Of a DNA stretch of 64,000 bases, positions 10,721 to 21,235 are shown piece after piece; positions within the stretch are counted from its first letter, which is position 1; the number at the start of each line of letters is the position of its first letter. The DNA is from a bacterium. GTDB lineage: Bacteria > SAR324 > NAC60-12. A model generated the notes under the pieces. The model was not told where the DNA came from. It was given only the letters and a program-made list of their open reading frames with translations, and searched no databases. The DNA is taken from contig CBDDTI010000745.1 of the NCBI GenBank assembly GCA_965233585.1, positions 352,001 through 416,000 on the forward strand. The letters are read 5' to 3'. A program made the translations under genes and the position numbers.

Positions 10721-12497
10721 GTTGATTCAAAGTCTTAGACAGAAAGGATTCCTGCAAACGATACGTCTTGTTTATATTAGGTTCGTTCCTCTTAGAATCA
10801 CTTGGATTTTATATGATTCTTATTTTCTTTCTTTTTTAAGAAGGTTGAGTTTCCAAATTTATTATAAAGAGTATTTAAGCAGAGTCCAGCTTTCTCGTTT
10901 AGAAGAGACCATTTCTTGTTCTAGTCGTTGGGAAAAATCTCCTAAGATTGAGTGGTTTTTAATTGTGCATCAAAGTTGTTGTTTAGATGCAGTTAAATCT
11001 ATTTTGAATCAACGTTACCAACAGTGGAAACTCAAAATTATCTTTGAATGCCAAACTCAAAAATTACCTGACCGGGTTACAAGAGATTCTCGCCTTTCCA
11101 TTCTTCAAAAAAAAGACAATCAAAGTCTTGCTTCTTTATGCAATCAGTTGATTAAAAAATCATCTTCAGATTGGGTTGGTTTTAGTTCTTCAGATGATGT
11201 CTTAGCTCCTTCTTTTTTTTATGAGATTGCAAATACAATCCATCAAAATCCTCAAATTTCTGCCATTTACTCTGACCATCAAACTCAGTTCACAACAAGC
11301 CAGAGAACTTCCTCTTTTCCTAAGACACAATTTTCATACTGGACGTTACTTTCTCACCAATACATTGGAAGTGTTTTTGCTATTAAACGTCAAGTGATAT
11401 TAGATGCCAGTTGCTTTAAGACAAAATCAACAAGTCCGTTTTATGACCTACTTTTGAGGCTCAATAAAAATCTCACTCATCAGCAAATTGTATGTCTTCA
11501 ATTTCCTTTATGGACTCGTCTGCTAAGAGGGCAAAAACGTTCAGCTTTTTGGGGAGAGTATCCTCATGGGAAGGTAGCATTAACCGAATATTGGAAAAAC
11601 GAAAAAACTGAAGTTGCACTTTCACAAAATTATCTTTTCACAACTCATCAATTTCAAATTAAAAATCAACCTCTGGTCTCTATTATCATTCCGTTCAAAG
11701 ATCATTGGAATCTCACAGAAAAAGCAATTCATTCTGTACTCAATCAAAGTTCTTATTCTCATTTTGAGATTCTATTAGTTGACAATCAAAGTTCCATAGA
11801 AACTAAACAAAAAGTTCAAAAGTATTTGACCAATCATCATCAAATCAAACTGCTAAATTATGATGAGATTTTTAATTTTTCAGCAATTAATAACTTTGCA
11901 GTTCAACAAGCCAAAGGTGAGTATTTAGTTTTATTGAATAATGATGTAGAAGTTTTATCAAAAAACTGGTTAGAAAAAATGTTAGGTTATGCACAGCATC
12001 AACAAATAGGGGCAGTTGGTGCAAAGTTGTATTATCCTGATTTTTCTATTCAGCATGCAGGGATAGCATTGGGTCTTTTCAGTTGTGCAGGGCATCCTTT
12101 GCGTTTTTTAAAAAACCAAGACGATGAGTATTTTTCACTGATGCTTCATGCAAGTCGTGAGGTTAGTGCTGTCACAGCAGCATGTTTGATGGTTAAAAAG
12201 TCAATTTATCAGCAAGTCGGGGGATTGGATTCTCAATTTGCTGTGGCATTCAATGATGTAGATTTTTGCTTAAAACTCCGTCAGGCAGGTTATACCAACT
12301 TGGTGCTAAATGATGTAGAATTGCTCCACAATGAGTCTTCTAGTCGTGGCGATGATGAGACCCCCGAAAAGCAACATCGTATCCAATCAGAAATCTCACT
12401 TTTGCAAAGCAAATGGCAAGATTTACTTGAAAATGACCCATTTTATTCACCAAGGTTGACAAAAGATGCTGAAGACTGTTTATTAGTTTTTCCATAG
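10704..12497 (+). CDS. GT2 glycosyltransferase with two GT-A domains (LPS/O-antigen type)
   Basis: VSIIIPFKD, FNFSAINN, LLNNDVE, SAVTAACL, FNDVDFCL, ESSSRG. Confidence 0.92.
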   Translation: MMYLFKLIQSLRQKGFLQTIRLVYIRFVPLRITWILYDSYFLSFLRRLSFQIYYKEYLSRVQLSRLEETISCSSRWEKSPKIEWFLIVHQSCCLDAVKSILNQRYQQWKLKIIFECQTQKLPDRVTRDSRLSILQKKDNQSLASLCNQLIKKSSSDWVGFSSSDDVLAPSFFYEIANTIHQNPQISAIYSDHQTQFTTSQRTSSFPKTQFSYWTLLSHQYIGSVFAIKRQVILDASCFKTKSTSPFYDLLLRLNKNLTHQQIVCLQFPLWTRLLRGQKRSAFWGEYPHGKVALTEYWKNEKTEVALSQNYLFTTHQFQIKNQPLVSIIIPFKDHWNLTEKAIHSVLNQSSYSHFEILLVDNQSSIETKQKVQKYLTNHHQIKLLNYDEIFNFSAINNFAVQQAKGEYLVLLNNDVEVLSKNWLEKMLGYAQHQQIGAVGAKLYYPDFSIQHAGIALGLFSCAGHPLRFLKNQDDEYFSLMLHASREVSAVTAACLMVKKSIYQQVGGLDSQFAVAFNDVDFCLKLRQAGYTNLVLNDVELLHNESSSRGDDETPEKQHRIQSEISLLQSKWQDLLENDPFYSPRLTKDAEDCLLVFP

Positions 12498-12513
12498 TAT
12501 TTCAAAGGGAGGT

Positions 12514-12954
12514 GTGATGAGCAATTTATACGAGGAGGATTTTTGCAAATGGGCAGACCAGCAGGCTCTTTTGCTTAAAACAGGAAGGATTGACCAGCTA
12601 GATTTATCCAACTTAATTGAAGAGGTAGAAGACATGGGCAACAGGCATAGAGATGCTTTGCAAAGTCAGTTAGTCCGATTGATGATGCACATTATTAAGT
12701 GGGAGATTCAGCCCCAAAAACGTTCAAAAAGTTGGGTCTCTTCTATCAATGATGCGAGGAATCAAATTGATTTCAGCCAAGAACGTTATCCTTCATTGAA
12801 CAATCAATATATTCAATCCATTTGGGAGTCATCTTTCACTTTAGCAAAACGATATGCCCAAAAAGAGACAAGACTTCAAACCAATATGACAAAACTTTCG
12901 TGGCAAGAAGTCTTTGAAGAAGATTATTTTTTAGACGATACACAATCATCATAA
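12514..12954 (+). CDS. DUF29 family protein, copy 1
   Basis: LYEEDF..W…Q..LL, LD..NLIEEVEDMG, L..HIIKW, RSKSW, PSL signature. Confidence 0.9.
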   Translation: MMSNLYEEDFCKWADQQALLLKTGRIDQLDLSNLIEEVEDMGNRHRDALQSQLVRLMMHIIKWEIQPQKRSKSWVSSINDARNQIDFSQERYPSLNNQYIQSIWESSFTLAKRYAQKETRLQTNMTKLSWQEVFEEDYFLDDTQSS

Positions 12955-13037
12955 GAGGAAGGCATGAAAGGGATTGTATTGGCAAGCGGGATTTGAAGAC
13001 TGTTTATTAGTTTTTCCATAGTATTTCAAAGGGAGAT

Positions 13038-13478
13038 GTGATGAGCAATTTATACGAGGAGGATTTTTGCAGATGGGCAGACCAGCAGGCTCTTTTGCTG
13101 AAAACAGGAAGGATTGACCAGCTAGATTTGTCTAATTTAATTGAAGAGGTAGAAGATATGGGCAAAAGCATTAAGAGGGGATTACAAAGTCAGTTAGTCC
13201 GATTGATGATGCACATCATTAAGTGGGAGATTCAGCCCCAAAAACGTTCTCATAGCTGGGTTTCTTCTATCAATGATGCTAGAACTCAAATTGACTTAAC
13301 TCAATACCATCATCCTTCATTGAACAATCAATATATTCAATCTATTTGGGAGTCATCTTTTACTTTAGCAAAACGATATGCCCAAAAAGAAACAAGACTT
13401 CAAACCAATATGACAAACCTTTCGTGGCAAGAAGTCTTTGAAGAAGATTATTTTTTAGACGATACACAATCATCATAA
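13038..13478 (+). CDS. DUF29 family protein, copy 2
   Basis: Same signature; near-identical to copy 1 outside two patches. Confidence 0.9.
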   Translation: MMSNLYEEDFCRWADQQALLLKTGRIDQLDLSNLIEEVEDMGKSIKRGLQSQLVRLMMHIIKWEIQPQKRSHSWVSSINDARTQIDLTQYHHPSLNNQYIQSIWESSFTLAKRYAQKETRLQTNMTNLSWQEVFEEDYFLDDTQSS

Positions 13479-13487
13479 GAGGAAGAC

Positions 13488-14201
13488 ATGAAAGGTATTG
13501 TATTGGCAGGTGGGACAGGCTCAAGGCTTTATCCTTTAACGAAGGTAACCAATAAACATTTGTTGCCTATTGGAGCGAAGCCAATGATTTTTTACCCCAT
13601 AGAGAAATTGGTTGAGGCAGAAATAGATGACGTCTTGATTGTGACAGGTATTGATCACATGGGAGACGTAGTTTCATTGCTTGGTAGTGGCAAGGATTTT
13701 GGCTGTCGTTTTACTTACAAGGTGCAAGATGAGGCAGGAGGCATCGCCCAAGCCTTAGGATTGTGCAAAGAATTTGTCGGGTTTGATGAAGTGTGCGTCA
13801 TCTTGGGGGACAATATTTTTCAAGACTCCATTGTTCCCTATATTGAAAATTTTAAAAAGCAACGCAACGGAGCTAAGCTATTGCTGAAAGAAGTCAATGA
13901 CCCTCAAAGGTATGGTGTGGCTGAAATTCAAGAAAATTCCATCATTGGTATTGAAGAAAAGCCAAAATCTCCTAAATCATCTTATGCTGTAACTGGAATT
14001 TACATGTATGACCAGCACGTTTTTGAAAACATTCCTACCTTGCAACCCTCAGCACGTGGTGAGCTAGAAATTACAGATGTCAATAATTTTTACGTCCAAC
14101 AAAATACCTTGAGTTATGACATTTTACAAGGTTGGTGGACTGATGCGGGGACGTTTTCTTCTTATTACTTAGCCAATCAACTGGCGGCTCAAACTCTCTA
14201 A
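13488..14201 (+). CDS. rmlA: Glucose-1-phosphate thymidylyltransferase (short form)
   Basis: GIVLAGGTGSRLYPLT, PSARGELEITD, WTDAGT; precedes rmlB. Confidence 0.93.
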   Translation: MKGIVLAGGTGSRLYPLTKVTNKHLLPIGAKPMIFYPIEKLVEAEIDDVLIVTGIDHMGDVVSLLGSGKDFGCRFTYKVQDEAGGIAQALGLCKEFVGFDEVCVILGDNIFQDSIVPYIENFKKQRNGAKLLLKEVNDPQRYGVAEIQENSIIGIEEKPKSPKSSYAVTGIYMYDQHVFENIPTLQPSARGELEITDVNNFYVQQNTLSYDILQGWWTDAGTFSSYYLANQLAAQTL

Positions 14202-14212
14202 GCTTATCGTTT

Positions 14213-15211
14213 ATGAACCTTCTTATTACAGGCGGGGCTGGCTTTATCGGCTCAAATTTAATCCTCTACTGGCTCAAGCAATTTCCCAATGACTACCTTG
14301 TCAACTTTGATGCTCTCACTTATGCAGGGAATCTTGAAAATTTAAAAGAGGTTGAAAATCACCCTAACTATCAGTTTATCAAAGGAAATTTACTTGAGCA
14401 GGAAGTGATTGAGAAGGTTTTCCAAGATTACTCAATAGATGGTGTCATTCATTTAGCTGCAGAATCCCACGTAGACCGCAGTATTTTAGGACCAAGTGCC
14501 TTTGTGCAAACCAATATTGTTGGCACGTTTCATCTGTTAGAAGTTGCCAAAAAATTTTTTCAAGGCAAGCCACATTGCCGATTTCATCATGTCAGCACTG
14601 ATGAAGTCTATGGGTCATTAGGTGCAACAGGACAATTTACAGAACACACGCCCTATGCACCAAATTCTCCCTATTCTGCCTCTAAAGCCTCAAGCGATCA
14701 TTTGGTGCGTGCTTACCACGAAACGTATGGCTTAAATACAACCATTAGCAACTGTTCTAATAATTACGGACCTTATCAATTCCCCGAAAAACTGATTCCT
14801 CTGACCATTCAAAATTGTTTGAACCATCGTGAAATCCCTGTTTATGGCGATGGTCAAAACGTCAGAGATTGGCTTTATGTAGAAGACCATTGCGAAGCCC
14901 TTGCTACCATTTTTCATCATGGTCAATCTGGACAAACCTACAACGTCGGAGGACACAACGAATGGCAAAACATTCAGATTGTAGAAAAAATTTGCGAATT
15001 GATAGACCAGCAGACTGGGAGACAAGACTCAGCCAAAAAGCTCATCACGTTTGTCAAAGATAGGCTGGGACATGATAGACGTTATGCCATAGACGCCTCC
15101 AAAATCCAGAAGGATTTAGGCTGGAGTCCTCGTCATTCATTTGGGCAGGGATTGATGAAAACAGTCAACTGGTATTTGGATCAATCAGAAGAAACGAAGA
15201 AACAACCCTAA
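14213..15211 (+). CDS. rmlB: dTDP-glucose 4,6-dehydratase
   Basis: GGAGFIGS, LTYAGN, HLAAESHVDRSI, STDEVYG, YSASK, GHDRRYAID. Confidence 0.97.
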   Translation: MNLLITGGAGFIGSNLILYWLKQFPNDYLVNFDALTYAGNLENLKEVENHPNYQFIKGNLLEQEVIEKVFQDYSIDGVIHLAAESHVDRSILGPSAFVQTNIVGTFHLLEVAKKFFQGKPHCRFHHVSTDEVYGSLGATGQFTEHTPYAPNSPYSASKASSDHLVRAYHETYGLNTTISNCSNNYGPYQFPEKLIPLTIQNCLNHREIPVYGDGQNVRDWLYVEDHCEALATIFHHGQSGQTYNVGGHNEWQNIQIVEKICELIDQQTGRQDSAKKLITFVKDRLGHDRRYAIDASKIQKDLGWSPRHSFGQGLMKTVNWYLDQSEETKKQP

Positions 15212-15269
15212 CACCCAGAAAAACGAATTGCAAAGAAGTTAAGGAGACGATGGGCTTATTGAAGGGAAT

Positions 15270-15488
15270 CTATAAATCCATTTTTTGCGCGGCTCGGATT
15301 TCTCGTTTGATGTCCTTGTGGCGCTGCTTCTGGGCATTTTCTCTTTTGATACGTTTGGCAACGCAGGGCTTCATGTAGAACTTTCGTTTTTTGAGTTCTC
15401 TAAAAAGTCCCTCTCTAATCAAGGTACGTTTGAGTTGCATCAGGGCTTTGGGCATGTTTCCATCACGAATTTCAATTGTAACAGGCAT
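15270..15488 (-). CDS. rpsU: 30S ribosomal protein bS21
   Basis: Basic 72-aa protein, KAL..LKR…EGLFRELKKRKFYMKP; start taken at ATG 15488. Confidence 0.9.
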   Translation of the reverse strand: MPVTIEIRDGNMPKALMQLKRTLIREGLFRELKKRKFYMKPCVAKRIKRENAQKQRHKDIKREIRAAQKMDL

Positions 15489-15649
15489 AGATTGCTTTTC
15501 AGTAAAAAGTTGACAAAAAACCCAAGATTGTAACAAACTGCTTCAGTTTAGACAAGACGTGATTATGACAAAAGTTGTAGGCATTGTTTGTGTGGGGTTT
15601 TGAGTCAAGGATTTTGTGATGCCTTTGAAATGTGGTTTAACAAAAGGTT

Positions 15650-16252
15650 TTAAAATAAGGTCATTTGTTGAGATGGTGGCTTTTCTTTGTCCAGACTCCA
15701 AGTAAGTTCTACTTTTTGAATACCACCTCGTGAGTCATACAGCAGGTGTCCACGGTCTAAGGCGTAACGATGGACGTCTCTGGTAATGGTCACGTCGTCT
15801 TTGCAATATTTAATGATTTTGTCTAGCTGACCTGTTTTATACCATTCTAAAGCCTGCAAGCCGTCTGCTGATTTTCCAATCTTTAAAGTCGGGCTTGCAA
15901 TGCTGTCTAACTTCAAACGGTGTCCCAAGACTTTTTTTAATTCAAGAAGCATGTCAAAATTGTTCAAATTACTCAATTCGCCATAAGCTCGTTCCCTGTC
16001 ACCTGATTTTTGTGCGACACAACCTGCAACCACTTTGTAGTCAAAACCAACATGATTGAAGCCAACCACCATGTCAGCTTCTTTACAATGCCGAACCAAT
16101 TCTAAAGATTGATCTTCTTTGTAAATATGGAACTTCTCATCTTGTGTATCCCACAAAATCCCAACGGACATTCCCATATCCATAATGTTTGACCAACCTC
16201 CAACGTCATCAGCAGAACGTTTTGTCTCTAAATCAAAATATAAAATACGCAT
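15650..16252 (-). CDS. RNase H-like (RNase_H_2/YprB-type) exonuclease-domain protein
   Basis: YFDLET, VVGFN..GFD, LKLDSIA, YC..DV motifs; C-terminal QMTLF. Confidence 0.85.
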   Translation of the reverse strand: MRILYFDLETKRSADDVGGWSNIMDMGMSVGILWDTQDEKFHIYKEDQSLELVRHCKEADMVVGFNHVGFDYKVVAGCVAQKSGDRERAYGELSNLNNFDMLLELKKVLGHRLKLDSIASPTLKIGKSADGLQALEWYKTGQLDKIIKYCKDDVTITRDVHRYALDRGHLLYDSRGGIQKVELTWSLDKEKPPSQQMTLF

Positions 16253-16267
16253 AATTTCAAAATCAAT

Positions 16268-16831
16268 ATGATGAATTACTATGAAACTCTAGGAGTTTCT
16301 CACTCTGCTAGCCAAGAAGAGATTCAAAAAGCCTTCCGCACTATGGCAAAACGTTACCACCCAGACGCCTACGCTGGTAACGATGAACATGAAATGAAAC
16401 GAAGGCAAACACAATTTATTTTAATCACGCAAGCCTATGAAACATTGAAGGACTCACAAAAACGCAGAACATACGACGCCAAATTAAATCTGCATTCAAA
16501 AAAGAATCACTCTTCTGACCAACGGTCTCATTCTAAAGGATTTCAGCAAAACAGTCATGCTTTTAATGACTTTGACTCAAACGTTCCTCCTTTTGAAACA
16601 GAAAATTTAAGTGATTTATTTCAAGATGCAGAGGATTTGCTAGGGAAGTTAGGGGTAGATCCACGTCCCAGATTTGAGCAACTTTTAGATTGGGCATTGG
16701 CAGTCTTTCGTTCATTGATTGATGAGGAATCTGACCATGGCAAAAACTCATCTTCTACCCGTTCCAAGCGAAAAAGTTTTACTGATGAGGTAGAACGAGA
16801 ATTTTCAAATTTAAAACAAAAGTATTTTTAA
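16268..16831 (+). CDS. J-domain (DnaJ-like) protein
   Basis: NYYETLGV…YHPD…AYETLKD..KR..YD. Confidence 0.9.
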   Translation: MMNYYETLGVSHSASQEEIQKAFRTMAKRYHPDAYAGNDEHEMKRRQTQFILITQAYETLKDSQKRRTYDAKLNLHSKKNHSSDQRSHSKGFQQNSHAFNDFDSNVPPFETENLSDLFQDAEDLLGKLGVDPRPRFEQLLDWALAVFRSLIDEESDHGKNSSSTRSKRKSFTDEVEREFSNLKQKYF

Positions 16832-16841
16832 ACGTTTTCTT

Positions 16842-17774
16842 ATGAACTTCAATAATCCATTTCAGGCATCTATTGCCGTTTTGATTCCATGCTTGAATGA
16901 AGAAGTCACCATAGGCAAGGTAGTGTCTGATGCAAAACAGGCTTTGCCTGAGGCAACTATCTTTGTTTTTGACAACAATTCTACCGACCGCACAGCAGAA
17001 ATTGCGAAAGAAGCAGGGGCTGTGGTGATTCCCGAACCCCGCCCGGGTAAAGGTCATGTAGTGGCATCTATGTTCCGTTTGATTGACGCAGAATACTACG
17101 TCATGGTTGATGGTGATGACACCTACTGCATCAAAGAGGTTCAAAAATTACTTGACCCGCTGATGCAAAATCAAGCAGATATGTGTGTTGCCACAAGGTT
17201 AGAAGAGTACAGTCAAACTTCATTTCGTCCTCTTCATGTGTTTGGCAATGAGCTAGTGAAGAAGCTGGTGAATCAAATTTTTCAAAGCGACCTTAAAGAC
17301 ATCATGTCTGGATTCCGTACCTTTACCAAAGAGTTTGTCAATACCGTTCCCACACTTTCATCAGGCTTTGAGATAGAAACAGAGCTAACGATTAGAGCAT
17401 TGGACTACCACATGAGAATCTCAGAAATTCCCTTGCCTTATCGTGAACGTCCGACAGGTTCATTTTCCAAACTTCATACTTTCCGAGATGGCACGCGAGT
17501 CTTGCTACAAATTTTCAATATTGCCAAAGCGTATCGTCCATTCACTTTTTTTGGATACATCAGTGCCTTTTTCATGTTGCTGTCATTCTTGACAGGGAGT
17601 GCCGTCATCATTGACTTTTTAGAAGACCAATACGTCAACAAAGTCCCTACTGCGATTTTGGCATCTGCATGTGGTCTCATTTCCATCGGGGCATTGTCAC
17701 TTGGGGTTGCCTTGCATACCCTGAATGAACGTTTTAGGGAGATCAACCACCTTTGGAAAAAAATGAACTCATAG
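16842..17774 (+). CDS. GT2 glycosyltransferase (DPM1-like, with C-terminal TMs)
   Basis: LIPCLNEE, DNNSTD, MVDGDDTY, GFEIETE, SKLHTFRDG. Confidence 0.92.
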   Translation: MNFNNPFQASIAVLIPCLNEEVTIGKVVSDAKQALPEATIFVFDNNSTDRTAEIAKEAGAVVIPEPRPGKGHVVASMFRLIDAEYYVMVDGDDTYCIKEVQKLLDPLMQNQADMCVATRLEEYSQTSFRPLHVFGNELVKKLVNQIFQSDLKDIMSGFRTFTKEFVNTVPTLSSGFEIETELTIRALDYHMRISEIPLPYRERPTGSFSKLHTFRDGTRVLLQIFNIAKAYRPFTFFGYISAFFMLLSFLTGSAVIIDFLEDQYVNKVPTAILASACGLISIGALSLGVALHTLNERFREINHLWKKMNS

Positions 17775-17802
17775 ACAAACCACTTGACCTAAAACTCCAA
17801 AA

Positions 17803-18735
17803 TTAGGAGGACGAACGTTGTTGAGAAAGGAGTTTTTGAGTGTCTTCAAGTGTAGGAATGGAATCTTGCGCACCTTTTTTTGAGACAGCAAGCGAGGCGG
17901 CAAGTTGCCCATCATTCAATGCTGTTTGAAGAGACTCTTGACGCATGAGAGAAGCACAGAATGCCCCGATGAATGTATCACCTGCCGCAGTGGTGTCCAC
18001 AACACGGGTCTGATAGGCAGGGAACGTCCAAACATCTGCTTTGTCACAAGCCACAACACCTTTGTCTCCCAGTGTGATGATGGCATGTTTTACTCCTAAA
18101 TCTTGAAGTTTCAACACCGCCTGCTTGGCATCTTCAACTGATTGAATCCGAATTTGCAGCAAATCACCAGCTTCTACTTCATTGACCACAAGATAAGCCA
18201 GTTTTGACAAAAGATGCGTGTCAAAATTCTGGAAAGGTGAGGGGTTCAGCACAACAGGCACACCTGCACGATGTGCCATGTCAATGGCATCAAACACAGT
18301 TTCAAGGGGTGTTTCAAATTGACAGACCAAACAACTGGCTTGCTGAATGGTCTCCTTTGCCTCTGACAGCAATTTGGGGGTCAATTCCCCATTTGCCCCT
18401 TCAATCACAATGATTGAATTTTGCCCCTCTGCATTTAGTAAAATAGCCGCAACTCCTGTTGCCACTCCCTCCCTTTCAAAAACCCAATCCACACCCACTT
18501 GAGCCTTGGCAAGACTCCCTTTCAGTTCTTGACCAAATCCATCTTTCCCTACACAGCCAATCATTTCTACTGAAGCCCCTTGCTTTGCACAAGCCACAGC
18601 TTGATTTGCACCTTTTCCCCCAGAACCTGATAAAAAATGTTGTCCATGAATGGTCTCACCAGCCCTCGGAAACCTTGCACTTTGAAAGCACAAATCCATG
18701 TTCAAACTTCCTAAAACAACAACCGACTTAGACAT
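17803..18735 (-). CDS. rbsK: Ribokinase
   Basis: GSLNMD, GGKGANQA, NEVEA, DTTAAGDTF, GAQDSIP. Confidence 0.95.
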   Translation of the reverse strand: MSKSVVVLGSLNMDLCFQSARFPRAGETIHGQHFLSGSGGKGANQAVACAKQGASVEMIGCVGKDGFGQELKGSLAKAQVGVDWVFEREGVATGVAAILLNAEGQNSIIVIEGANGELTPKLLSEAKETIQQASCLVCQFETPLETVFDAIDMAHRAGVPVVLNPSPFQNFDTHLLSKLAYLVVNEVEAGDLLQIRIQSVEDAKQAVLKLQDLGVKHAIITLGDKGVVACDKADVWTFPAYQTRVVDTTAAGDTFIGAFCASLMRQESLQTALNDGQLAASLAVSKKGAQDSIPTLEDTQKLLSQQRSSS

Positions 18736-18844
18736 GATTCACTCCTCTTTGATTCAAAATCATTACAAACTGCCTATTATGCAATTTTTTATAACTTTAG
18801 TGAAAAACAAAATGACTCCCGTTATTCTCTGTCGTAGAAAACTC

Positions 18845-19603
18845 TCAAGACAAAGTCCATTCAACGATGGCATGAGCCAGATGCTTCATGTCTTGTGTTT
18901 CAGGAACGACTGCGGGTTGCATGGAATAATGCCGTAATTTTTGTGCAGTGACCTGACCAATGCAAGCGATTTGCACATCAGCCATCTTGGCATGAATCGT
19001 GGCACACTCAAAAAAATGTTGAACAGTGGATGGGCTGGTGAAGACAATCCAGTCAAGCGAATCCAAAAGATTCTGATGCTTGCTGAAAGAGTCTTTGGCA
19101 CAAGAGACAATCTGATAAACAGGGGTTGCGATGACGGTAGCACCTTGTTGGGTGAGTTGTTCCTGCAAAAGTGTTCTCGGTGCTTCAGCTTGCAAAAGCC
19201 AGTAAGTTTGTTGAGCAAAATCTTGACGTTGCAGTGCATGGAGTAGCCCCTCGCTTTGGAAAAATTCAGGAATTAAATCTGTCTCAATCCCAAATTTTTG
19301 CAGGCTTTGGGCAGTGGCACGTCCGACACAAGCGATTTGAGATTGTTTGAAATAGTTTGCACTGAACCCCAACAAGCGGAGTCTTTCCAAAGTGAACTCT
19401 ACCCCATTCTTACTACTAAAAATCACCCAATCTGCCACAAAATTTTGCTGAAGCAATTCATCAAAAGCAAGCCATGAAGACGGAGGTTTCACCTGAATCA
19501 TGGGCAGTTGGACAACCTCTGCCCCTTGAGACTCTAAAATTTTGACCAATTCAGAGCCTTCTAATCCTGTCAATGCAATCCGCTTGTTCTTTAAATGTTG
19601 CAT
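18845..19603 (-). CDS. hemD: Uroporphyrinogen-III synthase
   Basis: WVIFSSKNGV, IACVGRATA, FTSPSTV, ACIGQVTA. Confidence 0.92.
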   Translation of the reverse strand: MQHLKNKRIALTGLEGSELVKILESQGAEVVQLPMIQVKPPSSWLAFDELLQQNFVADWVIFSSKNGVEFTLERLRLLGFSANYFKQSQIACVGRATAQSLQKFGIETDLIPEFFQSEGLLHALQRQDFAQQTYWLLQAEAPRTLLQEQLTQQGATVIATPVYQIVSCAKDSFSKHQNLLDSLDWIVFTSPSTVQHFFECATIHAKMADVQIACIGQVTAQKLRHYSMQPAVVPETQDMKHLAHAIVEWTLS

Positions 19604-19834
19604 CTGAACCTCCAGTCAGTCAAAAAATGTGAGTCAAAATTTGTGATGACTTCAAAATTTGCATAGTATTCCTCATCTTTAACACTTTTCATTGATTTGT
19701 TGTGCATACTAAAAAAATAATAGACACAGTTTAAAATTTTCTATAGAACTTTTTTACTTATCCTAAGCATATACACGGCACGAAGTGTAAGTTGCGTTGT
19801 GACTGCTTATTTCCAATCTCAAAAATTTTTCATC

Positions 19835-21088
19835 CTATAATTTTCTTGAAAACTTTCTAAAGGATTTGACCAGCTCATAAAACAAAACAATATCAAGAAT
19901 GTTCTTGAATGAGTTTAAAGGTTCAAAGAAATTGATGTATTTCAAATGATCAAGATCAGAAAATATTTTTTGAATTGAAGAGGTTGGATTAAGAAAATGT
20001 AAAAAGTATTTGACAAATTCTTCTAAGCAAAAGTAATCAAAATAAATCAAAGCGAATGTCATGGATAAATTCAATACAATAATACAAATCAAGGGAATTA
20101 CAGGTTGTGTTCCATAATAACTTACTACCTTTTCAAAAGACAAAAGCCACATATTCAAATTTTTCCAACTTAAACTTTGCCTGTATTTCTCCATCTCTTG
20201 TACATGAAAGTCTAATGCTTTGATTTGATCTTGTTGTTTTAAAGCAAGATTTTTTAAAATCAAAAAAGTTTCTCTATTGGCTGCATGCTCTATATTTGTA
20301 TCAGTATAATCTATGGCTTGAATTTGAGAAGATTTTAAATTTAATTTAAATTGGTCACACTTTCTAGTATTAACTTGCCCAAAACTTAAAAATTTTTCAA
20401 AAACTGTATACTCAAAATTAACATCTTGAATAAAAACTACCTGCCTAAAGGAAACATTATCCATGAAATGTGCATATCTAAAATCTACATTTTTTGTAAA
20501 AATAGCCTCTCTAAAATATGTTTTTTCACTAAAAATGGCGTCAATAAAATCTGCATTTTTATAAAAAATAGTCTCTCTAAAATTTGCTTCTTTTTTAAAC
20601 TGAGAACCATTAAATTTCACAAATTTTTGAAAATTTGATCCTGTAAAGATTGCTTCTTTTTTAAAAATACTCCTAGAAAAATTTGAGTCTTCCTTGAATA
20701 TAGAGTTTTTAAAGTCAGCATCAAATTCAAAAGTTTCACCTTCAAAAGATGCTTCTATAAGAAAAATACAACGACTAAATTTGGCAAGAGTTGGATCATT
20801 ACCATCAAATTTTGCAATACTCCTTGTTTTTTGTAGGGTTTTTTCCATACGCTTTTTAATTTGTGAGGGCTTTTCAATTAAGTCATATTCCTCACTACCT
20901 AACTTGACAAATCTCTGCTTAAAATCTAGTTTTTTACTAGAATGCTCATAAATCATATCTAAATCACCTTGATCTAATTTAGAAATTTCTGCTTCTATAT
21001 GCCTTTCTTCAATTTTAAGCTCTAGCCATTCTCCATTCTTTTTAACCTTGATTAATCCTTGTTTTAGTTTTAAAGTATCTACTTTCAT
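19835..21088 (-). CDS. Pentapeptide-repeat protein with C-terminal membrane segments
   Basis: Tandem A.F…F.... repeats (ADFKNSIF, ANFRETIF, ADFIDAIF); hydrophobic C-terminus; GAGGAG RBS before ATG 21088. Confidence 0.8.
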   Translation of the reverse strand: MKVDTLKLKQGLIKVKKNGEWLELKIEERHIEAEISKLDQGDLDMIYEHSSKKLDFKQRFVKLGSEEYDLIEKPSQIKKRMEKTLQKTRSIAKFDGNDPTLAKFSRCIFLIEASFEGETFEFDADFKNSIFKEDSNFSRSIFKKEAIFTGSNFQKFVKFNGSQFKKEANFRETIFYKNADFIDAIFSEKTYFREAIFTKNVDFRYAHFMDNVSFRQVVFIQDVNFEYTVFEKFLSFGQVNTRKCDQFKLNLKSSQIQAIDYTDTNIEHAANRETFLILKNLALKQQDQIKALDFHVQEMEKYRQSLSWKNLNMWLLSFEKVVSYYGTQPVIPLICIIVLNLSMTFALIYFDYFCLEEFVKYFLHFLNPTSSIQKIFSDLDHLKYINFFEPLNSFKNILDIVLFYELVKSFRKFSRKL

Positions 21089-21167
21089 TGCTCCTCTTTG
21101 ACTCAAAAAATTGCTTGTATTATAACATCTTTTTGACTTTCCCAACTTATCTTTCTCGTAGAAAATT

Positions 21168-21198
21168 TTTTACTATACTTTAACAAAGTATAGTAAAA
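21168..21198. repeat. Perfect 14-bp inverted repeat
   Basis: TTTTACTATACTTT-AAC-AAAGTATAGTAAAA. Confidence 0.85.
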
Positions 21199-21235
21199 GT
21201 ACAGTATTTTGAAAATGTTTTTAAATTTCAAATAG

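Larger units (their letters stand above)
12470..13515 (+). repeat. 524-bp tandem duplication (GT2 3' end + DUF29 gene + rmlA 5' end)
   Basis: 12470-12991 is repeated at 12994-13515; the first copy ends in an abortive rmlA start ATGAAAGGGATTGTATTGGCA. Confidence 0.95.

Noticed and set aside
12514..13478. DGR template/variable-region pair
   Set aside because: Differences are not adenine-specific and there is no reverse transcriptase in the window
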